Below are positions 12,912 through 24,400 of a DNA stretch of 64,000 nt, piece by piece. The translations under genes and the position numbers were made by a program. The stretch lies in NCBI RefSeq assembly GCF_001194135.2, contig NC_068984.1, positions 23,470,551-23,534,550 on the forward strand. Direction: 5' to 3'. The notes under the pieces are model-generated. The model was given only the letters and a program-made list of their open reading frames with translations, was not told the origin of the DNA and made no database searches. This stretch comes from Octopus bimaculoides. Taxonomy: Eukaryota. Within the stretch, counting starts at the first letter, position 1. Every line of letters starts with the position of its first letter.

Positions 12912-13677
12912 CACGCTTTCATTGTTTTTCATTTGCACGAGCAACTTCAACAGTGGCACACACGCCAACACACACACACACTCACTCACGCACACATATA
13001 TAGATACATATACATACAAGTGAAAAGCAAAACCGATTGGTTGTCGGCTTTTATTTACCTAGCACCCATTATAAATTAGTGCCGATACTACGCTCTTTAC
13101 ACGTTGATCTTTAGCAGAAAACATTTCCCATTTCGTGCACAGAATAGTGAACAGCTTCGCCTCTATTTCTGTTATCAACTACTGAATATCAGAATGCTGG
13201 GTATAGTTGGCAAATAAATTGTGCTATTTTATATCCGACCCTAAGGATATAGCGATCGTATCACATCATCACACCGGCATATAACAACATTCCATGTAAA
13301 GCGCTGGCGCACGAAATGTGAAATGTTTTCTGGTAAAGATGAACGTGTAAGAAACGCAGTAGCGTGACTTGCTGGTGGGAAGGAAAATAGGAAAAGTTCA
13401 TAAGTCGTAATGAAAATGAAGTTCAATTGAGCAATGCTTCGGTATTAGTATACGACGTCAATGATGAGTTAAGTGCTGGTAGGAGTGTTTAACTTTTCAG
13501 CATTGGGTTAGGGTTAGGCAGATGAAACATAATGTCACATACTTACTCACGATGTCATAGATTTTTAACGAAAGAATATCTGAAGTATATAAATTTAAAG
13601 AAAATAAAGTTATGAAAAAATAAAAAAGTTTTAGTATCAGTTTATAGTATAAATAGATTAAAATTTACTACTCTAAT

Positions 13678-13797
13678 GTTTACGGCCACATCACGTTGAA
13701 AGCACCGGTTCTCGTCCGATCACCGAAGTTAAGCAACATCGAGCCTAGTTAGTACTTAGATGGGTGACCGCTTGGGAACCCTAGGTGCTGTAAGCAT
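13678..13797 (+). rRNA. 5S rRNA: 5S rRNA gene (solitary copy)
   Basis: GTTTACGGCCACATCACGTTGAAAGCACCGGTTCTCGTCCGATCACCGAAGTTAAGC...AGTACTTAGATGGGTGACCGCTTGGGAACCCTAGGTGCTGTAAGCAT; helix I (GUUUAC/GUAAGC) and helix V (CCUAG/CUAGG) pair; internal A box, IE and C box recognisable. Confidence 0.97.
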
Positions 13798-13801
13798 TCT
13801 C

Positions 13802-13815
13802 TTTTTTTTTTTTTT
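13802..13815 (+). terminator. RNA polymerase III oligo-T terminator of the 5S gene
   Basis: T14 run starting 5 nt after the 5S 3' end. Confidence 0.85.
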
Positions 13816-14757
13816 AATCAAATTTTTTTTTTTAATCAAATTTTGAACGAATTGTAATTTGACTATATAATACTGTAAAAGATAGCGGATTCAATATATT
13901 TTCGTTATGGAATACAGAACGCATCCGCAGATTATCAAAATCCAGCGGGTGAGAGCCTCATGTAAACCTTTGTTGATTAACAGTTGTCCACTTAATGTTA
14001 CCAAAGTTTTTCTATGACGATGTTGAAAATAGCTTTCATGTCATAATTGTTCTGCAACTAACAACCAGAGAGAACAACAAATACTGCAAAACATTCTCTC
14101 ATATTTAAACGATTTGCAAATTCGTTAACTATATAAAGGGAGATAATTGAAAATGTGTTCAGTCATATCCCTTTGACCAATAAATATAACGCATAACTTC
14201 AAGACAAAAACTTCATATACTTGTTCCAGGAGGGGTTGGTCTCATGGCCTTCACAGATCCTCGTCGCCGGTAAGATTGATGATGTTAACGTTCTACTAAA
14301 TATTTTCGAGTCAGCTACAGAAAAAAGAAACGTGCATAAAGGAAAAAAAATCCAAACAAATAACGTTCTGAGAAGAAATCCATAGGTTCGAGCATGTCGT
14401 ACCGGTGAGCGACTGCATAGCATCGGCTGGCTGGCTGTTCTTTGGTTGCAATCTCGGATATCTCTGTGTAGCAACAGAACTATCTCAGATGTCGGAAACC
14501 GACATCTCTTGCTGGAGAAGAAGGAAAGTATTTATGATGCCGTCTTTGCTAGGTTGAAGATATGCATTTGCCCGAAAAGATATTCAATGGTTCAGTAGAG
14601 CATTCAGGTAGAGGTGTGAGTGATGACTTATGTTCCTTGCTCTTCCAACGGACTTAGGTTTCTGCAGCAGCTTGATGCTAGTAGCGTTGCTTCTGGGAGT
14701 GAGAGGAGTGGTGTAACCTGGGCGGCACTTTAGAGTCTGATATATAAGTCAGTATAG

Positions 14758-15347
14758 GGATCTTTTTTAAAACGGGGGCCACATTTTTCATAAACGAAAC
14801 ACTTTGAAACTTGGAACACTGGTAGAATGTGTCATATAAAACATCTTTTTCTCTTAGTCTTCTTAAAAAAAAAAGAAATCCATAAGTTATTCCATGTTAA
14901 AGTTGTCGTATTTCTGTAATTTCAACCAATCACTGACGTCCATTCAGCCGATATACATTAAGTGCCGACTACATAAACAAACGATTCTGAAACAATTAAC
15001 CCTAACCCTAACCCTAACCCTAGGGTTAGGGTTAGGGTTAGGGTTAGGGTTAAAGCAAATTTAAAATGAAAAAAGCAAATAAAATGTCAGAAGTAATGGA
15101 GATTAAATACGCTTTACATCGCTTAATCAGACAAAGGAGTAAATGTAAACAACTGAATACTTGTCAGTGATTGGTTGAAATTATCGAAATAAGACAATTT
15201 TTTACATGAAATAAATTCGAATACAAAAATATTTTTCTGTTCTATAACACAAAATAGATAAGTATACGAAGTTTGAAAGTCTTTCCGTACCAAAAACACT
15301 ACGTAAAACATTAATGAAAAACGTGGCCCCCGTTTTAAAATAGATCC
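14758..15347. mobile_element. Non-autonomous TIR element (MITE/fold-back type) with a central telomeric palindrome
   Basis: About 37-bp TIRs ggatcttttttaaaacgggggccacatttttcat / atgaaaaacgtggcccccgttttaaaatagatcc; second internal IR aatttcaaccaatcactgac (about 14918-14937) / gtcagtgattggttgaaatt (15163-15182). Superfamily and TSD not resolved. Confidence 0.8.
14996..15053. repeat. Interstitial telomeric palindrome TTAA(CCCTAA)3 CCCTAGGG (TTAGGG)4 TTAA
   Basis: Read directly; symmetry centre at 15021/15022. Confidence 0.97.
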
Positions 15348-15539
15348 GAGAACTGTTATTCACAAAACTCATGAATCCTTCCTCTGTAAATACTGCGATC
15401 TTGGAAACGGTTGACCAGAGATTAGTTGAAAAAAAAAGAAAAGCACGTGCTTTAGCTCCCTTGGATGTTTCATCTCTTCTAGTGGTTCTTTCCACAGAGA
15501 TAGTTGCATATGTAACTAGTTACTGAGTCGTTTTCGATC

Positions 15540-15900
15540 TAGTAACGGAAATCAGTGTATCAAGTTGTTGTACTCTCATCCCTCTTATATGGATGTGAAA
15601 TCTGGATGCTCCAGAAAATTCTCTTCAAGAACCTTGAACATTTCCACTTGCGAATTCTGCAATCGATCATGAGCTTCAGTCGGCAGGACCAGGTGGAAAA
15701 TTTGGAATTGTTGGACAGACAGAGCCAATCTGGTCAGTTTTGAGACTATGTCACTGAAGGGTCTGCTACGCTGCACTGGACACATCGACTCCACCAAATA
15801 TTCTATATCTGCCGACTCCACCAAATATTCTATATCTGGTCGATCAAAATAGAGATGTAAAGACAATATGAAAGTCTATTTGAAGACCTGTCTGTTCAAG
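15540..15900 (+). mobile_element. Decayed RTE-clade LINE, post-RT C-terminal region
   Basis: YQVVVLSSLLYGCEIWMLQKILFKNLEHFHLRILQSIM matches the RTE motif Y.A.V.STLLYGCETW...LE.FH.RCLR.I; weak endonuclease-linker similarity also at about 14350-14750 on the other side of the MITE. Confidence 0.7.
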
Positions 15901-16100
15901 AAAGCTGAAGTCTTACTTTCTAAATAGAGCTAATTATTGTGTTATGAAAAAAAGTCTAAAAGATAAATCTACGTAGAGAATCGTAAATACAGGTGAACTT
16001 CTTCAAGGTACAAAATTCATATTGAAACAGAAACAAAAACACTACTAAATTATTTTAAAATCCTAAACAGTCTATTCTAACACCAAAACACACACACACG

Positions 16101-16433
16101 TACGTTCAATGCAAAAGGAAAATATCTCTCGCAAGATACACTCAACACGAACAATTATATTGTTGAGGTTAGAAAGTGAACAAGATACGTTTGACCATTT
16201 ATAGATAGAATACTAGTGTAGACCAAATGGTACGAGAAGTGTATATGTATGCGAGGCTACGAAAAGGATAAGAAAGAAAAAATATTTCTCTAGATCCATA
16301 TGATGATTTGGCTCCTGCACTAAAAACAAATGAAACTTGTACATTTGTTCGTCAGTGTCCCTGTCATCGTGGAATGGTGATTTATGTCCTATCCACTTAC
16401 GACTAAGTGAATTGAATATATATATATATATAA

Positions 16434-16485
<52 letters not shown>

Positions 16486-16720
16486 TGTCCTTTATGTACA
16501 GAATCGGAAAATCAGAGACGAAAAGTGTGTCGACACCCTAATGACATAACTGACAAATTACTCGCTAGTTAGATGTGGCGTATTCTGGAAAATACGTTCA
16601 GTACAAAAGGAAAATATCTCTCGCAAGATACACTCAACACGAACAATTATATTGTTGAGGTTAGAAAGTGAACAAGATACGTTTGACCATTTATTAGATA
16701 GAATACTAGTGTAGACCAAA
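16101..16720 (+). repeat. About 127-bp direct duplication (16101-16227 and 16593-16720)
   Basis: tacgttca...ggaaaatatctctcgcaagatacactcaacacgaac...ctagtgtagaccaaa occurs twice with about 3 differences. Confidence 0.95.
16437..16482. repeat. (GA)n microsatellite
   Basis: Read directly. Confidence 0.99.
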
Positions 16721-17354
16721 GATAGTAATCGGTTTAGTAGCTGACAATTCCGAGTTTAAAATTTATCATGGTTGACTTAGCATTTTATTATCTCTATTCT
16801 GTAGCAACTCTCATGTAGTTAGGTGATTTTTTTTTTTTCAGTTCGTTCTCCATACGTCATCAGTATATTTGAATGATCAGAGAGCAAAACATCTGAGCCA
16901 GGTGCTGGCTTATAAAGCGGAACTTAAACGTTCTCTTCCTCTCTTTCTCCGTAATCAAAAACGGACCGAGCAAGCTGTTTTTCCTTCAATCAGAACTCAA
17001 CCAGAGCATAAACAGTCTTTTTCACTTTCGTACAGCTATTCTCTCTTAATTACAAAACGCAATGTTTCTGTTTGTCTATTCCACCAGATCACGTAAGTTG
17101 ATTTCACTTACTTTTTAACTAGGAAATAATTTCTTTCCACACCCTGCATGTAACACACACACACATACACACGCACGCGTGCGCGCACACACTCACGCAC
17201 ACACACTCGCACACTCTCTCTCTCTCTCTCTCTCTCTCATACACACACACACTTTGATTCAGGAACACATATATAACACCATCTCTACAACACATTTAAC
17301 TGGAATTATGCATTTTACTAATGATATATTGGGGATAGATACTAAGGAGGCGTC

Positions 17355-17396
17355 TATCACCGAGGAGGCGAAATCACGCCGAAACATTGTGGATGG
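17355..17396 (+). ncRNA. Degenerate hammerhead-ribozyme-like motif in a probable Penelope-like terminus
   Basis: ctatca-CCGAGGA-GGCG aaatca CGCC-GAA-ACATTGT-g-gatgg: helix II intact, U4 changed to C, cleavage site and helix I damaged. Confidence 0.5.
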
Positions 17397-18025
17397 TAAT
17401 CTGGTGACGTCACTTGGCGTCTGGTGTACATTTATACACAAAATCTATCTTGAGAAATTTATTCCCCGAGACAACCCGTGGTGAATGTCATTCGTACTTT
17501 AGTTTGCAGGAACCTGCGCTTGATTGACCATTCAGCAAAATAAGCACGTGATTAGGGCATCAAGGAAAGTGTGTGGGGTGGGGGGGGCCCACAAAAATGG
17601 TAAATGGTTTGCGGCACAGAAGGAATCACTTTAAACTTGGTAAAATAATATTCGAATTGGTTTATAAAATTCGAATATAATTTCGAAGTGTTGATGGCGT
17701 TATAGTGAGGGATCTGATCAAAGACTTTGCAATAAAAAAGTAGAAAACGTTTCAAATATAAATAGTTGAAGTATGCAAGAATAAACATTATTTCGCATTT
17801 TATTGTTTTGCTTCATTTTGAAAAGCAAAATATTTATTTTGCGATCTATTATTTTCTGTATTTTGAATTACATATATACGAGGGCACAAAAACCCTTTAA
17901 GTGCTTTCGGCCCTTCTGGGTCTTAATCCGACCCTGGCAGAAACGTATTAAAAATAAACGTGTAACCGTCATATGTTTGTGTGTGTGTGAGTGTATATGT
18001 ATATGTATGTCTTAGATATAATATC

Positions 18026-18216
18026 ATAACGATCATGCATACAAACCAGGTTACATTACTCAAAGTTCCGTGCAGGCCTGATAGACGTGCAGTGGCCAGA
18101 TGTCCTTATCTGGATCTCCAGATGTATCTGTTTGGATTTTTGGAGATCTGAATAGACACGTCTGGCTCCTGCGAAACTGTGAGTTATGTAACCTAGTTTG
18201 GTTGTATGATCGTTAT
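18026..18216. repeat. Imperfect 190-bp hairpin (small fold-back/MITE-like)
   Basis: ataacgatcatgcatacaaaccaggttacattactcaaagtt...agacgtg pairs with cacgtct...aactgtgagttatgtaacctagtttggttgtatgatcgttat; inner gatctcca/tggagatc stem. Confidence 0.75.
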
Positions 18217-18413
18217 AAAACTATACTTCCTCTATAGTTCATATAGTTGAGTACACTTTTCTTTTGCTATGAACCGCACCCGACCATTGTGTGTTGTGGG
18301 AGGGGGGCGTGTGTGCGTGAGTGCATATGTAAGTATTGATATGTGTATTTATATGCAATTTATACACTAAGACATCTCAATATTGCGTATAAAACTAAAT
18401 AACTGCATCGTCA

Positions 18414-18460
18414 AACTATCTGATAAAGCCGATAATCGGCGAAACTTCGAAGTTACTGTC
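18414..18460 (+). ncRNA. Degenerate hammerhead-ribozyme-like motif
   Basis: CTGATAA-A-GCCGA taa TCGGC-GAA-ACTTCGAAGT-T: perfect 5-bp helix II, 10-bp palindromic helix III, G8 changed to A, helix I poor. Confidence 0.55.
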
Positions 18461-18510
18461 AGCTTTTTTCTGTCGGCATGTATATGAACATATGACTGAC
18501 AGACAAGCAA

Positions 18511-18590
<80 letters not shown>
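18511..18590. repeat. (GATA)n microsatellite
   Basis: Read directly. Confidence 0.99.
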
Positions 18591-18591
<1 letters not shown>

Positions 18592-19695
18592 CAGATTATT
18601 GTCAATCGATTTTGTGAAATCAATGTTCTCGTTCGATGTTAATGAATGCAGGTACTGTGCTCGGATAGATTACTATCTATAGGGGTAAGACTTATCTACA
18701 CCCTTAGACGGTCATGTAACCAGTCTGTCAACAGCTGCAAAGCTTTCCCACTCTTCAGTTGTCAAAACAATACGCCTGCGAGAGCCTTGAAACGAAGGTA
18801 AGCTCCCTATAAGTTATGTCTGTAATTCGTTTACTTAATCGGTTGAAACTAATCCATTACAATGAATTACGTTGCCAATATCATTTAAAAAGGTATATAC
18901 TTTACACAAATTTAATCTTCCTCCTCAGGAGCTAATGAAATTAATATAATTTAAAGAAGTTGCCCATATCCTTTATTTTCATATTGTTTTATCTATCTTT
19001 AAATGTTATATATATTTTTTATCTAGATATAATTGTGCAAAAAGTTATAAATTACCGTGATTTTTCAATTAATATGACATATCTCAAAATTTTTTGGTGA
19101 TTTCAAAGATCTTTGAAGAATAAGCTACTGACAATTCAGCTACGAGTTACATTGTCTCTTTGTTTTATATATTACCGCCAATTTCCTCAGCATACGCACA
19201 ATGAATCGCCAGTTTACTGTGCTTAATTTCCTCTAAATGGATTGGGTTTTCAAAAGAATGACCTTATTTTCTTCTTTTGTGCCTATAGAGGAAAATAAAT
19301 GTCATATTCTTAATTCCTGCTTCCTGGTAGCTGTAAAGTTTCAGTTTTAGAATTACTATTTATATATAGTGAAACAATTTCTGCAGGGGTATGAAACTGA
19401 TAATTTTCCTTTACACTTAAATTGTAATATTCTATGATTTAATTCCATTCACATCTAAGATACATTACAGGAAGATAAATAGGCCGAGTATTTAATGGTC
19501 TTTTATTTTATCGATCAGGAAAGTTGGCTGATCCCTTAATACAGTTAGTGGTCCATGTTCACTTTGTCAAACTGCCGTTGGTATAATTTAATTTGGCGGC
19601 CGGCGACCTTTGGCTATAAACAACACGATCAATAACTTAAATAGTGGTAGCTTTCTAAGGGACCAGGCCAACCTTTCTAAAATGGAGCTAGTCTC

Positions 19696-19726
<31 letters not shown>

Positions 19727-21178
19727 TGTATGTATGCATGTATGCATGCATGCATGTATGTATGTATACATGTATGTATGTGTGTATACAGACATATGTA
19801 CACACACACACACACACACAGAGGTTTGGTGACGCAAACAGGAAAATAGATATCAAAACATTACTATATATACGTTGTTTTTTTTTATTATTAATAATAA
19901 TAATAATAATCAGCAGAAGTTAGAAGGATACATGGGCCGAGAGTTTCGTCGTATGTGTGTGTGTGTGTGACAGTACGGGTAGATATTTTTTCTAATTCAA
20001 AGAGACAAAAGTAAAATTTTCTAAAAAAAAAAAAAAAAATACAAAGATGGACAACATAAAGAAATATATCCTTGTTGTAGAATTTGTTTTTATTAATCTA
20101 TATTAATTCGTTTTAGTGTTTATTTTGCATAGATTTTGCATTTGTTTCTCTTTGAATTAGTTGAATGGTAAATATTAACTGCTGTGCATGCAATTCCAGG
20201 TTACAGACCGCCAAAGCTGCAGCGTGGCAAAGTGAAAGTAGGAAACAATATATATTTAATATATACACATGTGCGTCCACACAAACACACTGTCTGTTTG
20301 ATCGTATATTTATTTAAACTTAAGCATTTGGTCGCAGCTCCAGTTTTATGCTCTGTGATCTGTGTGTATTTATTTATTTATTTATTTATGTTTTTTCAGC
20401 CAAGTGGCTGCGGTCATGCTGGTGTGTGTAAACTTCACAATTTATGTCAGATGTTATTGTTTCTGAATATGCCAGTCATGTTCGCTGAATCTTACTACAC
20501 AATCTTAAGACCACACACACACACATACACACACGTATTTAATAAACAATGTTCGTTTTTGTCGTAACTGTGTCGCTTGCGAACTCAACACAAACAGCTG
20601 TTCAACGTAAATTTATTGACATGCGTATAAATTGTCAGAGAAGTAGGAGAAAAAATAACATAGTGTTCAAATGTGTGTTTTTGATGAGGTTATAAATAAA
20701 ATTTATATAGAAACGTATATTATCAATAACTTTCACAAATATGAATTAAAATTAATTAATCAACCTTAACTGTGCCGCTTATATCCACCAGCAATGTAAG
20801 GCTCGATATTAAATAGAAACTTTCGACTGTGAACACTATGTCTTTGTTTTCCCATTCAACAAAGAAGGAATCGCCTTATTTTATTTCAAAAGTACGGTAT
20901 CGTTTCTTTCTCCTGTCTTTTTATTATCCTACGTTTAACGATATTGTTGTTTGGCAAAACTATCGCATAGTCCTTCATTTAGTTTTTCTTTCCCGGCCAA
21001 TAAAATTGTTATTTCATTAAATCAATGGCTATTACTTTATTTTATTTATATATTTCTTTGTTTCTTTTTTCTTACAGATGACTAGTTCAAGCAGATCTTA
21101 AAGAGCTCCACATATACTAAGCTGACCATAATCCCAAATTTTCTACTGCTAAACTACACAAACCTGATCTCCTCAACA

Positions 21179-21383
21179 ATGTCTAATAATTTACTAATAT
21201 GGTTGGCTGTCGCCCCAATTGTCGCCTTCATCATCCTTTACATTTTGTTTAATTATATTATTAGCGGACGCAAATGTGTGTGCATCGTTGTCTTGGCTGA
21301 TATAGGAAGAAGTCCACGAATGCAGTATCATGCGTTGTCTTTTGCAAAGGAAGGTTTTGCTGTTGATCTTATCGGATATGGAG
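21179..21383 (+). CDS. ALG1: ALG1 coding exon 1 (N-terminal TM anchor; exon begins at 21078 after an AG acceptor)
   Basis: [68 protein letters not shown]; donor G|GTTGGT, phase 1. Confidence 0.95.
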
Positions 21384-21413
21384 GTTGGTTCTTTCAACAT
21401 AGGCATTAATGTA

Positions 21414-21465
<52 letters not shown>

Positions 21466-24400
21466 GTGTGTGTGTATGATGCACGAGTTTGTAATTTGTA
21501 TTTGTATGATGTAAGCGTTTGTTGTCATTACACTTTTTTTTTCTCCCTATTTTCATGGTAGTAGTGTTTGACCAAAACAGTTTCTCTTGTCCTCAAATAT
21601 TTCACAGACTCGTCATGTGGTCAAGTCTGAGATATTTCCCCTTTAACATGAAATATTGTTTTTAAAAAATGCCAATCAGTTAATTTCAAACGGTTAGGAC
21701 TCTAAATTTGAAAAATTTAATGAACAATATTTTAAGATAATATTTTATCCAGACAATTTCTTATTCAGAAAATAAGATTGGACTGTGTATCATATAAAAG
21801 GTAAATTATGTTTCAGGTGGAATCCTTCTTGAAGAAATAAGTGTATTTGAAAGATGTGGAAGTGTCTTCCAACACATTTTTCATTTCTTTAAAGAAGGAT
21901 CCTAGCTGAAACATGAGACTCCCCTCTGCCCCATGTAATCAAACTTGTACTGTTTTACAAATTTTATCAAATTTAATCCTAACGCAATTCCCCGCCAGTT
22001 TCGATGAATTTATTTATTTTTATTTTTTATCCTTATTCAAATCGATATTGCATACTCATCAAATAATGCCTATTTCTTGATACTGTCTTTGTAATGCTTC
22101 GATCTTCATAGTTTATGTCATTATACAGAACCAGTATTTTTGTATCAACGTCTGTGTTTTTACGTGGTCGCTTGAGCTGCAAGAAATGTCAGCCAAATCC
22201 CCATCATACCAATGATTAAACAAAATGAAGCACACATTGGATAGTTTAACTCTCACATTTATTGATGGGATAGGCACAGTTGGAACGCCTTTGACTAAAC
22301 GACAACTGAGCATCATATGAGTTACTCTCTTTTCTTTAGTTACTTTTATTTTGTTCTTACTTTCCTTTAAATATAAAATCGTATACAATCACTATTCTGT
22401 AAAAAAGAATATATCTGCAATCTTCAGATTTGGATTTATTTTGTCTTTTATGTTACTTGAGAGAAATAGTAATAGTGCATAATTTTCTAGCTCCAACATA
22501 GACACTGAAAGCCATCTTGGTAATTCTAGTGAGATATGAAAGCCAACATGTTTACTGACTGCTAAAAACTTATGCTCTGTCCAAATGCTAAGTCTGACAA
22601 TTTCTGATACTTTTCAAGGCAATCTCTCTTCACATTTTCAAATCTATGTTCAATGTTGAAGAAATAATTTTAAAAATAAGTCAAATATTAGGAATGATGA
22701 CACATTCCTTTACCTTCTTAAATGCCAAAAAAAAAAAAAAAATTAAAGACTCAGTGTAAAAGATTATGTGTGACCCCACTTAGAGTATGCAGCTATAGAA
22801 GGATATAGAAGCTATTGATAGAGTTCAGAGATGAGCAGCAAAAATACCACCTGAATTAAGAAAGATGCAAGAGGCTAAGAATTGCAACTTTAGAGGAAAG
22901 ACGGCAAAAAGTAGACATGACAGAAGTATTTAAAATAATAAAAGGACTTGAAAATAAATGTTAAAGGCCTCAATTATACACTTTGTAAGAAAACAATGCT
23001 TTAACTCTAGCATTTAAACCAGTCATATCCAGCCCAAATATTCTATCTGTTTTATATTCAAACTGATTGTTTCTGGCCTCTCACACCTACCCTACAATGT
23101 CATTCTAAAACTAAACAATAACATCCTTGAAATCTTGAAGTTACAAGATAATGTAAGACTAATTCAAAACAATGTGAATAAATAATAGAGTAATCTGAAT
23201 GCTAAAGGGTTAAATACATGAGAATTTTTTTTAATTCTGAAAGAGCTATGAGTGAACAGAATAATAGGTACAGGAGAGGCTGCATGATGGAGAAGTTGGC
23301 CTCCCAACCACATGATCTTGGGTTCAGTCCCACTCCTTGGCATCAAGGGCATGTCTTCTACTATAATCATAGGTTGATCAAAAGGTTTGTAAGTGGACAT
23401 CGTAGATGGAAACTAAAAGAAGTCTGTTGTCTATATAGATATGTATGTGTGTCTCCTTCATGTTACATGATAGATGTAAATGAATATAACTGTCATACAA
23501 TCAGTGTTATTTATCATCATCATCCAATGTCTGTTTTCTATGCTGGAGTAGGTTGGAATACTGGTACATATTTCGAATATTCTGTGAAAAAAAAAAATGT
23601 TTGGCCATGGGCAAATATAACCTTGCTTTGAAATATGTGAGGATTGGTGACAGGAAGGGCATCTGGCCATAGGAAATCTGCTTCATTAAACTTCAGGATG
23701 GAAAAGTAGATATTAAAATGATGATGACAAAAAAGATGAATGAATATTAGATGGGAGGTGAAGGCTAGCAGGAAGGACTAAATGGTGGATAGGGAATCTC
23801 ACAAAACTGGATTCAACAGGTGTGTCACAAAGAGAATGTTTCTTCTTCAGAACCAGAAAATGTCACCATTAAATATGTGGTTGACTGAAATGAGTAAAAG
23901 ACAGAAGAGAAGAAACCACTGTACACAGTTAGCCTCTGATTGATTAAATTTATCTTACCCACTTTTTTTTTATTTTCTCAAAACACGAGGAAGGAGCATT
24001 TGTAAAACCATTCAATGAAAGGGTCACTGAGCTATGAAAGATTGATAACTATTGTTTTATATTATTCTACGTTTTCTACATTATATCCAAAGAAAACTTG
24101 TCCGTCTACAGGCTAGCCTTCATTTAACAATGCTCCACCACTGTCAACATAAGTTAGCAATAAATATGCTCGTCTTCTCTTTCAGGTTCATCACCCCTGC
24201 AAGATTTAACCAAAAATGAACAAGTTAACATATACTTTCTGCCCGAAGTTCCATCAATAACTACCTGTGAGTAAACAAGTTTCTTATCATGGCTGCTCTT
24301 GAAATTATTTGTGTACATGTTTTACTTTCCAGCAGCTTAAAACAGTATTCATGTATCATTGCATTTGTTTTTTCTTATATATCTATATAGGTTTTGTGTG

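Noticed and set aside
13460-13583. Possible C/D snoRNA or hammerhead (ATGATGA, 10-bp stem, distant CTGA) upstream of the 5S gene
   Set aside because: No convincing terminal stem or guide; the stem is followed by TTTT rather than GAAA, so it is not a hammerhead.
14487-14507. Perfect 9-bp hairpin agatgtcgg-aaa-ccgacatct
   Set aside because: Isolated short palindrome within a probable LINE relic; no hammerhead core or other context.
14996-15053. Chromosome end-to-end fusion scar
   Set aside because: The orientation is (CCCTAA)n then (TTAGGG)n, the reverse of a fusion junction, and the array is short and enclosed in TIRs.
21990-22065. Minus-strand UUGAUGA...CGAAAC hammerhead-like spacing
   Set aside because: C3 is missing, helix II does not pair next to the core and helix III is neither paired nor palindromic.
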